From NCBI GenBank assembly GCA_030141605.1, contig JAQGDQ010000206.1:326085-390084 (forward strand): a DNA stretch of 64,000 bases, given 5' to 3'. Made by a program: the position numbers and the translations under genes. The notes under the pieces were generated by a model. The model did no database searches. It saw nothing but the letters and a program-made list of their open reading frames with translations, and was not told the origin of the DNA. This document shows positions 12,501-24,500 of this stretch, in pieces; the first letter of the stretch is position 1, and every line of letters begins with the position of its first letter. This DNA is from Tubiluchus corallicola. Its lineage: Eukaryota > Animalia > Priapulida.

Positions 12501-15500
12501 ATGTCAGTACGGATGAAGGAGATTTGTGAGTGTTTAAATTCGGTTGAAATCAAAGTTTGTTTATTTCCCGCTGGTTAGCAGTGATGGTCTATGTTTGGGT
12601 ACTAAGCGAGATTGGCCTTATAAATGAGGACATCGCAACGAGGTTTGACCTTTTTCACAAAATAAAAATTAGGATAAATTTGTAATTGTAACAAAAAGCT
12701 ATGAACTATGAATTTTATTTCACTCATCAAAAAATACAATATCAAAAATTAATAAAGTTTAAATAAAATAATTTGAGTAGTTCGAGGTGAATATAGGACC
12801 ATACGGTTATTAACACACTCAACTTACTTAAATGAAAAAATTGTTATAATTCCAGCAGTTTTAATAAAATTTCGTACTGATGATGATTAAGTTTAGGTAA
12901 TTGACATGAACATCCTACATAAAATGTGAATTCAGATGTATTATAAATTAAATATAAGGACCGCAAGGTTAAGTCTATAGTTAATGCGTTAGGAATCTTT
13001 ATTACAGTATAAGGGCCTTATCGCGTTGGCTGCAAGATCGATTGATTATGTTTCTCTATAATGGACCTTAAAATGAATTGGAATAATCTATTATTTCACA
13101 ACTTGTTAAGTGCTTTTTGGTTAGGGCTGGCATACTACACGGTACATAAAACATAAATCTTCGGCTTTTGTAGAGTAAAGGGCCCCACTAACAATTTTGT
13201 AATTGCCCCCCGCACTTCTTAGCACGGGTCCTTGTCTGCCTTTGCAGCATCTTGATGTATGTATTTACTTTATTCGACTTTGTCGTGTACTTACATGTAC
13301 TTTCGAAACATCTACTTTCGTTTACTTAAATAAATAAATTTTCATTTGCTCCATTTCTACCAAATGTCTGAAATTTCATTTGTTCCTTTTCGTGTATTGA
13401 ATAGCTGTCGTTATTTTATTTCGTTAGTGTATTGTGTAGCAAACACTGATTCATATTTTTATTTGGTGTGGAGGTGCATCCGATTCTACTTACCTTTACG
13501 AATGCCAAAGTGTCCTTGTATCAGTACCACAAGTACAAGAATGTTCGCCATATAAACGGTGCAGCTACAGATGTGCAAGAAAATGCACGTTGTTGACAAC
13601 GTCGACATCGGCGATATTGTGAGTTGTGATGAATACGAATGATCTTGTTTTTCAGGTGGTTTGAGCAACGGCAGCCGTCTGATCTCAGCTGCGCCTGGTG
13701 CCGAAGCGAAATATCGTAACGGATCCGTGTCGAATGGCCTCTTTAGCAACAGCGGCAGCACGTTATTTCCTACAAACAGAATTGGACGAAGGTACGACTT
13801 TAGCACTTATTCCTAATAGTTCTTACTAGCGTGGTGTCACGCGAATTTAACGTAATGGTTGTCATGAAGTTCGCGCTTCACGATTTACCTGAGGTAACGA
13901 AGCCAAGGTGAATTATTTTACATGTAGCTGTAGGAACTGTTTTGAGGAGTAACCTAGTTAAGATAGAGGAAGTTGTTGTGTTGATATGAAAGACACAAAA
14001 TGTTTATTGCACCTTCTGGAGAAAATAAATTGAGCATTATGGTAATAGGAAAAGTTCTTGTTTTTAGTGTTACCGTGATTTCAAAAGTCACTACAATTGG
14101 TCCCAAAACCCGGGATTGAACCAGGGACCTTCAGATTGTCGTGGTGACTTTTTGTAGTGATGGTAATACTAAGAACTAGAACTTTTTCTATAGTTCCTAC
14201 AGCTATTCATAAATTAATTCACATTGGTTTCCTTACGGCACGTGAATCATGAAACCCAAACTTCGTGACAAAGGTAGTGTAAGTGTGATTTGGTTAGTAA
14301 GATGTAATGCAGCACGAAGCCAGACGCTTAACCTACAGTTACATTTCGTACAGCATAAAAGCTTTTGCAATCTAATGTGCTTGTCAGTAGTTGTAACATA
14401 TCAATTACATTTTTGTAATGAATTGATTGGATACAAAGTCGATTGGATAACCAATTACAATTGATTATAGTGCTTTTTTATCAGAAAGAAAGCAGACATG
14501 ATAAGCAAACATGGGTAACCTTCATGTCTTACCGGTAGTGCTGGCTCGTTAAGTTATCTGCGGAGGTAGTACCATATTGCTTGTCTCACCACAGTGTCAG
14601 TTGTATTTTTGTGGAGTTTCTGAAAATTACTTTAAGATTGAGTTGGCAATGTAATTGAGTTGTATCATCAGTTGAAAGAAATAATTTCAATTACCGCATA
14701 TACTTATGTACAAGTCGAATTTTTGGGAGGCGATTTTAAGGTGAAATTTTTGGTGTCGACTTATACTTACGACATGTTTTTGGGAGATATCGCTAAAGAG
14801 TCGTTTACAATGCGAATATGTAAAGAAATAATCCTTCATTATACGCTGGACTGAATGAACACTCGCATTGTGATACTTCACATCAGAGAATGTTCGCATC
14901 TTGACGTTACTTCACATAATTAACATATATTACTGTGATTTATTTTAATGTATGTGAAATTTATATATGTGAAAGTTAAAATTTATATATTACCGGTAAA
15001 TAAACTAGCGACGGAGCACTCGATCAGAACATGGAAATCGCCAATGTTGTGCAGGTGCTGCCTCCTGTCAGCTTCCGCAGGAAGTTTTACACTAGCCTTG
15101 TATATGCGTGTTTTATTAGCAAAATTTCGATTTACTCTGGAAGATCTTAATATTTTATGGTCGACTTGTACACAGATAATATATAAAATGATGCAATTTT
15201 TTGTCTTAAAATGCACATCGACTTGTACATAAGGTAGACTTATATATAACTTTATGTAACGGTGTATATACCCCGTATATACGGTGAATTAAACCTATTA
15301 ATTGGTACCAGCACTATTGGTGAACATCGTACGTTTGAATTCGGTTCGAGCAAGTTTTTTTAGTTCGAATTTGATTCGAATAATTCAGCACTTCAACTAC
15401 ATACGTTCTTTACCATTATAATGTTATAATAATGTTACAAAACGGCTTAACATCTTTAGGATCTTAGCAGTTTTCACTTGTATCTTTTTCGAAGTTTCAG

Positions 15501-15540
15501 AAGTGACTTTTAAATAAACCCAACTTGCCGAGTGCCTTTA

Positions 15541-15574
<34 letters not shown>

Positions 15575-18500
15575 ACAATGTGAAAGCAGTGTTTGCAGTT
15601 TTTCTCTGCTTTTGTTTAGTTCTGGACTGGGTGATAAGACAAGCAGCGGCAGGAGTCGTCTACTAGAGGACTTCCGCAACAACCGTTATCCAAACCTACA
15701 GCTGCGCGACTTACAGAATCACATTGTGGAGTTTTCACAGGACCAACACGGCTCCAGGTAAAGCCCGTTCGCTTGTCGACAGTGCAGTAATCGCTGTTTA
15801 ATAAAACCACGTATAATAAAACCAGTAGCATTTTAGAACCGTTTAGATGCAATTCAGAATTAGTCCAGTAGAAACTATTGCTAAAAGAATTCGGTTGATA
15901 AAATGAGCGTACCATTTAACAAGATCACATTTTTCAGTAGCAAGCAATAAAAACAATAGTAAAATGCAAAAATATTTTTTTTTTGCCCAAAAGCGAAGGA
16001 CTATCAACACAAACATGAAATTAGCATTTCTTGGTAATAATTCTTTCTTATTTATTAGTTTATATGGATTGGAAAACCCGTGTTAGATTTTTATCGACCA
16101 GAAATGTTGTTGGGATCACCAAAATCCCTCTTTTCAAATGTCGTCGAGAGAAAAAACGGGATCAGGACAAAAAAACTTTCATTTGAGTTTTAACTTTCCA
16201 CTTTGGCATTCTTGCATCGAGGCTAAGAGTTTGATGTATTTATATTTGTTTGATTGGACATGTGTGATTATGTCTCACATAATACAGTACACTTTTGTCT
16301 GGGTTTGCCGGACAAAGACGGAGAGAAGTCGGTTCCGAATTTGCCGATTGTCTCCATTTACCGACACGAAGTTAATACAGTAGGCTCTATGCATTAGGCC
16401 CATGGTAATGTAGAATCAATCGCCTTATTGTCCCAAAAACATCTGAGTATGGGCCGCTCCCTTCTATGCAAGCTGGTGTCTTTACACGATGCTTGATTTC
16501 ACTGATGTGATGATGTAAACCAAGGGTGTGCAAATTGCGGCCCATGGGCCGCTTGCGGAATTGCCGCCAAGAGAATTTGTGCGGTCCGCGAAGAGATTTG
16601 TCAATCTAATGAAAGTGCGGCCCGGGCAATCAATTGAGTATATCCAGCTGAAGTCCATGCCACGATCCCAAAGATAGTGTAGTTTTTTTCTACTAGATCG
16701 GATGCCATTAACCCTTACAAGACGGTTGTAGCTTAATGTCACTGTACTACACAGACTGTGTGATACACATTACTAATGTGCATTGTAATGAAATTACCAC
16801 TATCTGTCCTGAAAGTAGAAATATATGGTTTGTAATATAAATTTTAATAACTTCTAAAATAGTTTCTTGAGTGCAGTAGTAATTATGTACGCAGGTCGGA
16901 TGCAAAAAAATCGTTATTAGGCCTTTCTGTACTTGGCTCTTTGATCAAACTGCCTGTGGCCCGCAGGAATTGCGGGAAAGTTTAATGTGGCCCGGCTAGT
17001 CAGATAATTTGCACACCCCTGATTTAAATGATTTAAATACCCAAGTGACCACGAGACAAGACAAAACACGTAACTAGCGGTCAGTTCGCGAAGCAACGGA
17101 ATGTGTCCAAATTTTGTCCGATTTTTCCAATTTTTCCTCCCCAATTTCTTCCTTTGGCGTAAGTTCCTCCTTTAAGATTTGAAATTGCTTTCTCATCTCC
17201 TTGTTTTAAGGTCTGATGCATTGTAAATTTTTTACTGCAGATTCATTCAGCAGAAGTTGGAACGTGCCACGCCAGGCGAGAAACAGATGGTGTTCAACGA
17301 AATTCTCTCCTCCGCTTACAGTCTAATGACCGACGTGTTTGGAAACTACGTCATTCAAAAGTTCTTCGAGTTTGGAACGCCGGAACAGAAGCACACGCTT
17401 GCCCAGCGCGTGCGCGGTCACGTTTTGCCGCTGGCTTTGCAAATGTATGGCTGCCGTGTCATTCAGAAAGCTCTGGAGTCTATTCCACCGGAACATGCAG
17501 CACTCCGGGTGAGTGAGTCGCTATTTTTTTGATACTTTGATTGAAGTAAGCGCTTGAGTTTACACGATTTATACAGCGCTACCTTTAACCCTTTCACTAT
17601 GCAGTTGCTTTTTACCTGCCATATTGATTTTTCCACATTTGACAATAAGTTCTTGTGGTGTGTTACTAAAACAGAATCTTGTAAATAAACAAATAGTTGT
17701 TCATTATTGAGTACTAATATTAAATATTACTTTTATTTCTACACATGCGAGCACACATACATTCACTTACACACGCACACACACGTACGCACGCGCACAT
17801 CCTCATAAATACGCGTGTACTTATATTTAGAAACCAGTTTTCATAAAAGACACAATATTAATCCATAATTGTGCAATCATTTTATAAAAATGCTGAACAA
17901 TCAACTAAACATACATTTCATCAACGATCTACGAACGAATGATTTTGCGCGGGAGCATACCATACAGTACAGTATTGTGGGAATGCACCTGGCTTCAGAT
18001 GCAGATTGGCTGGTTAGCGTTACTTGTTGCTAAGCAACCTCAATCCCACGGCTGTTAAACTTTTCTACAATGTTCTGCATGGCCGTAGCAGTGAAATAAA
18101 CAGACCTGGGTGACAGCGCTTTGTGCTGAGCTCGGGCGGCAGTCTACCGCCTTCCGTCCCCTCCCCTGCATGAAAAACATGTGTGCCCCCATTGTGAAAG
18201 GGTTAATATGCAGAGGATGCTCTTAAAAAACTGTAGAATAATTCATGAGAGTGATTATTTATTCGTGCAGAAATGTTCAACTTGAAATTTGTGGTAAGCT
18301 AATTTGAAGAGCTCCAATCACCCCGTGAAATCTCTCATTGTTCAGGATAAATTTTCATTATTTAGATTTAGTATTTTTGCAGTTATTACAAGTGCACAAA
18401 TACTGAGGATTATAGAACCCTGTTATTGTTGCTTAACGTAGAAAAGCTGCTTGTCAAAGTAATCCATTTCTGCTGTTTTGATTATCAATTCTGTATATAT

Positions 18501-21500
18501 ATACTTTGTAATTTTCCGTGTATGCAAAAATGTGGCTTACAAATCACCTTAGGCTTTGTAATATGAACAAATACAAAATACATTTATAAAAAAGACAGCA
18601 TGTAAGTGCTGTAAGTTTTTAAGATGACTTTTTTAAGCTTTATTTGTGAAGGGTGTTTTCTTGTGCTTTAGTATTTTGTATTTTTGTTCGTTCCTTAACC
18701 CTTTCAGTCCCAAATTATTTTTTTAATAAGAGGAAATTTTTTGGCTTGGTACTTTTGTTCAGTATGTCCATCTTGTTTACGCATAATTATTTTTTCTACC
18801 TGTGCCCGCGTGCTAAATATAGCCTGTATCCCACGGGATACATTGGGATTCAATGGAAGCATAAAGTGTGCTCCATTTTGCAACTGCTGATAATTTTTTA
18901 AAGTATTTAAGACATTTAGTATGCATGCTATGCTGATCTGTACAAAGTCGTCTCTAAAGTACTGTACCTTGCGCAGTTTTTATGCTATGTAGATTTTCTA
19001 GTTTGCCATTTTATCACCATTTTTAGTCTATTGTTATTGGCTTAAATCAAAATAACTATTGACAGATCAAATAACTGTCATTTTTAAAATTCTGTTGATT
19101 TTAAAGGCAGAAAAGATTCTCATATCCCGCGAAATACAACGGGTATGAAAGGGTTAATTGATTTAAACTTATAACATCTGTATGCGTAAGCAGTAATTTA
19201 GCTTTTTTCACAAGTTTGTATTCAGCTGAGTGTTCTGCATTGCATCGTAATACAGTGGCCGCCGCTTATTATGGACACGGTTATTGTGGACAGCCGGTTA
19301 TTGTGGACAACTCGCGAGGGACGGAATTTTCCCCTAATAAAATCCGCCGGTTAATATGGACAACCGCCGCTTAATATGGACAGCGAACCTATAACGTAAG
19401 GTCATATAACGTGAACCAGCCGTGCCAACCACGGCCTGCGCGCGTGGTTGAAAAGAGCTTCCCGCTCTGCTGCCTGTGTGAGTCATTGCATCAGTCAGTT
19501 CGCCGTTTGCCGTGGCCTTGAGAGCTTCGAAACTGTGATAACTTCCTTGCGTTCAAGGTTGAGAGAAAAGTTTCCTGCCAAACAAACTCGTCTGACTTCT
19601 TTTTTTCAATAAAACAGGAGACGAGTTGATACAGACAGTTTTTTGCCTTTTTTAATGAAGGGGAAGGGTCTTCATGGGTCACTTCGCTTAATATGGACAG
19701 CCGCTTAATATGGACATACACTGCTGGCCCGACGTGTCCACAATAAGCGGCGGCCACTGTAACAATAACTTTACTGCTGTGTGGCTGGCACAAACTTGAC
19801 CTATAATGGTTCCACTGAATTTTGCTCACCCTTTCCTAGGCTGTTATTTTCTTTGCCCGTGAATAAAAGCGTCGGATTCGTAGTAAGGAGAAGCGCGTAC
19901 GTAAAACAAAAACGAATTATTTACTACTAAGAGTTTTTGTAAAGTTGGGACGTGGATGTGTTTTCTACTAAATGTCAAAATCACTTTACTTTTTTTTAGG
20001 CGGAGTTGGTGAAGGAACTGGATGGCCACGTGTTAAAATGTGTCAAAGACCAGAACGGTAACCACGTCGTGCAGAAGTGCATCGAATGCGTGGAACCCAC
20101 AGCCCTACAGTTCATTATAAATGCTTTCTCTGGGCAGGTATGTATCACCTGACATTTCTTGATCACCCATTTGGTTTAATTAGCTTTTTGTGTATCATTG
20201 TTTATGTGAAAGCTTTGTTGCAACATTATTGAAAGCTTTGTTGCAACATTGTTGAAAGCCTTGTTGCAACGTTATTATGGAAATCTTGTTGCAACATTAT
20301 TGAAAGCCTTGTTGCAACATTATTGAAAGCTTTGTTGCAATATTATTGAAAGCCTTATTGCAGCATTCATGAAAGCATAGTTGCAATATTATTGAAAGAT
20401 ACGTTGCAATATTATTGAAAGCCTTGTTGCAACAGTTTTAACGATTCACCGTAGTCTAAATTAGCCGTAGTTGAGTGAATAGGTTTTCTGTATTCACAAA
20501 GAACAGATAATTAGACACTTAACGTAAGCATCGTACAATTAGATTATCTGTGCAGAGTCTAAGAGACTAGCATTTAGTTTGAATTTTCTATTATTGTCAT
20601 TGCTAGGTGTTTGCCCTGTCCACCCATCCGTATGGTTGCCGAGTCATTCAGCGCATCCTGGAACATTGCACGCCCGAGCAGACTACGCCCATTTTGGAAG
20701 AGCTTCACACGAACACGGAGAAGTTGGTGCAGGACCAGTACGGCAACTACGTGATCCAGCACGTTTTGGAGCACGGCAGACCGGAGGATAAGAGCAAGAT
20801 CGTGACGGAGCTGCGCGGAAAAGTCCTGGTGCTGAGCCAGCATAAATTTGCCAGGTGCGTGAAAATATTTAGGCAAACATTCGTAAGCAAACCACTTTTG
20901 AAGAAATACCAAATTGATTTGACCTTTTTCTTTTCATTGTGAAGGTATAGTTTAGGCCAGGGGTGCGCAGATTGCGGCCCGACGAGAGAATTTGTGCGGC
21001 CCGCGAAGAGATTTGTCAACCTAATGCAAGTGCGGCCCGGGCGATTAATTGAGTGTATCCAGCTGAAGTCCCTGCCACGATCCCAAAGATAGTGCGGGTT
21101 GTTTTTTCTTCTAGATCGGATGCCATTAACCCTTACAAGACGGTTGTAGCTTAATGTCACTGTACTACTCAGACTATGTGATACACATTACTAATATGCA
21201 TTGTAATGAAATTACCGCTATCTGTCCTGAAAGCAGAAATATATGGTTTGTAATATAAATTTTAGTAACTTCTAAAATAGTTTCTTGAGTGTAGTAGTAA
21301 TGATGTACGCAGGTCGGATGCAAAAAAAATCGTTATTAGGCCTTTCTGTACTTGGCTCCTTGATCAAACTGCCTGTGGCCCGCAGGAATTGCGGGAAAGT
21401 TTAATATGGCCCGGCTGGTCATATAATTTGCACACCCCTGGTTTAGGCTTTGTGAAGGTATATTTTAGGATTTGTGTTTTGAACAGTATTTGACCTAATG

Positions 21501-24500
21501 GCATTTCTGTAAGCTATACTTTCAAAACGAGAACAAATACAGTAGGTGCTGTTTATTAGACTAAACATTTGATAAAATCAGTCGCACAAATGACTCACAA
21601 CGTCTGGTACGTCCCTACTCAAATGTTTATCAAAACTGTCAGCAATTGACTTAGATGACTCAGCATAATTGACTCAATATTTTTGCTTCAGGTACTGAAA
21701 ATACTGGTCAAAGAGCTTTTATGCCATTTTTCGTTTTTGTGCTCTATAATGTACTTAGAAACAATCATGTTAACTACCGTTTCGTTCGTAAGCGCGTATG
21801 TTTATCATGCGTTGCTATGCTAGTGTGGCAGTTTTGCTTTGAATCTGTCATCAACTCGCCTGCTGCAGTTGAGCTCGTAGCTCAAGAATTTATGGAAGCT
21901 AAGCTTTTAATCACATGCGTAGTGATTTCGGTTTGAAGCTCTTCCTGCGTTTTGCAGAACGTTTAATCAGTTAAAGCAAAGCAGGACGATTTTTCATATA
22001 CCCACCCCATTTTCAAGTCTGTCAAAAAGTATACATTTTAACACATTTAATACTGCAAAAGTGTTTCTGATAGTTAAGTAATAAATTAAAGACTTAATTA
22101 ACAGTGGGCGAGCCCAACTATTGATGACATCACAAACTAACATAATTTTCAACAGCAAAAATATTCCACAAACGTGTTGCAGGTGTTTACGAAACTGAAA
22201 ATTGAAGTACAGAACTACTGTGAGATATTCAATGTGTTGTATTAAAACTAGGCAAGTTTTAAAATAAAAATTCAAATTTCATATTTGCCGTTGTACTCGC
22301 GCATGAGCTGTCGAACGTGTGCAATTCGTCACAAACTAACACATCCGAACTGAGGCGTACAGCATCTGCTTTTTGTGCATTGCGTTTCCGAAATACAGGC
22401 TCTAGTGCCCGTCTAACTAGGGAATGGCGAAATGCATGTAACAGCAAAGCGCAAAATTGCGTTGGTGTGGTATTATTTCTGCCACGTAAGTCATTTCTGA
22501 AAAAACTAGTATGTTTCCGTTCAGTATTTTAAAGAGTAGATTGTTTTGACGTAGTGTTTAAGATTGGGTCCAGTTTTGCTTTAAGGCTCACATTTAAAGC
22601 TTTCACAGCCTTGACAGTGCATACTAAGAGTGATGACTCACACTTCTTTACCACTAATACTACACCAGCTGGCTAATATATTCGGTCAGTTTAATCACTT
22701 CCACGGCAAAGTGAGTCTATTATGCAGCACCTACTGTACTTGGATCAAATTACAAGCTCGATTTGAAGCAAGGCTTGTGGCTCAGAGGTGATGATAATTT
22801 TCCCCAACTTATCGAATGTGCTGATACTGCGCTAATAATTAACATTGATCTGATCTGAGCTGCTGTGGCTTCAACAAGTATTTACTCCAGCTAATATGTT
22901 TAGCTAACTTTGCTTTATCTAAAATGTGTTTCCGGCAACAACGCATTTGCGTTGCGTAGTAGAAGGGATTTAGTGGTTTTTTGTTTGGTACCTAAAGTCT
23001 TACTTGTCACCCCCTTTTGCAAATTTTGCCTGTGTAACTACGTAAAGAGTGCACTTAAAAGGTTCACGCTTAAAGATTTTTTAGTTTATTGTAATTTATG
23101 TTTAGAGCGTAGAGCCGTGCTGAGTTTCAGCTGAGCTCCAACCGGTTTATTTCTACGGGCGACCTAGCCGATAAGAAAAACCCAGCGTTAGTCGCGCCAG
23201 CTACTCAGTGTTGGGAGTCGAGCTGGCCCACATTTTCCCTGGCTGCGAAGAGTTTCGCTCTTGCCATATTCACGTGAGACTGCAAATCACTGGTTGAAAT
23301 ATGGCAAATGCAGTGCCGAATTTGCGATGAGATTGTGCATGTGCTGGCAGAGATACTAAACTTTAGAAGTTTTTGAACGAGAAAGCTGATCAATTCAAAA
23401 TTAAATAGACAAATAGGCAACGTTATTCACATGCATGGCATCATTTTGGTGTTTTGGTATTGATTCATCAGTAATCAAGATAATCCTCGCCAAGAGTCGC
23501 ATTTAAATGATTTGATTCACTAAGTAACTGATTCAGCTTCAACCGAGCTAGCTGATTTACTGTGTGAGTCAGCTGAGGTAGTAGCAACTGACTCAGCTTC
23601 AGCCGAGTTAGCTGATTTACTGTGTGAGTCAGCTGATGTAGTAGCAACTGACGACTTAGCTTCAGTCGAGCTAGCTGGTTTACTGTGCGAGTCAGCTGAT
23701 ATAGAGGCAACTGACTCAGCTTCAGATGAGCTAGCTGATTTACTGTGTAAGTCAGCTGATGTAGTAGCAACTGACTCAGCTTCAGCCAAGCTAGCTGATT
23801 TACTGTGTGAGTCAGCTGATGTAGTAGTAACTGACTCAGCTTCAACCGAGCTAGCTGATTTACTGTGTGAGTCAGCTGATGTAGTAGCAACTGACTCAAC
23901 TTCAGCCAAACTCGTTGATTTACTGTGTGAGTCAGCTGATGTAGTAGTAACTGACTCAGCTTCAACCGAGCTAGCTGATTTACTGTGTGAGTCAGCTGAT
24001 GTAGTAGCACCTAACTCAACTTCAGCCAAGCTCGTTGATTTACTGTGTGAGTCAGCTGATGTAGTAGTAACTGACTCAGCTTCAACCGAGCTAGCTGATT
24101 TACTGTGTGAGTCAGCTGGTGTAGTAGCAACTGACTCAGCTTCAACCGAGCTAGCTGATTTACTGTGTGAGTCAGCTGATGTAGTAGTAACTGACTCAGC
24201 TTCAGCCGAGCTAGCTGATTTACTGTGTGAGTCAGCTGATGTAGTAGTAACTGACTCAGCTTCGGCCTCTATTTATACTAACTTGTTTATTCTTGCTAAA
24301 TGATGTCGTCTCGTTTCAGTAACGTGGTGGAAAAGTGTGTTTCCCACTCTTCACGAGGAGAAAGAGCAATGCTGATTGATGAGGTCTGCAATGGTCAGGA
24401 CGGGTAAATGTCTTGGAAATATTTTACTTTAAACGCTTTGTCAGTTTTTACATAAAAGTCAGTGAGTTTCCCACTGTCTGCTGCCAAATCGTTTCACTTA

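Noticed and set aside
14098-14137. Functional tRNA-Phe gene
   Set aside because: The 5' half and anticodon are missing; kept only as a fragment.
23468-24029. 169-180 aa ORFs on the minus strand
   Set aside because: Translations of the 60-bp minisatellite, antisense within a pum intron.
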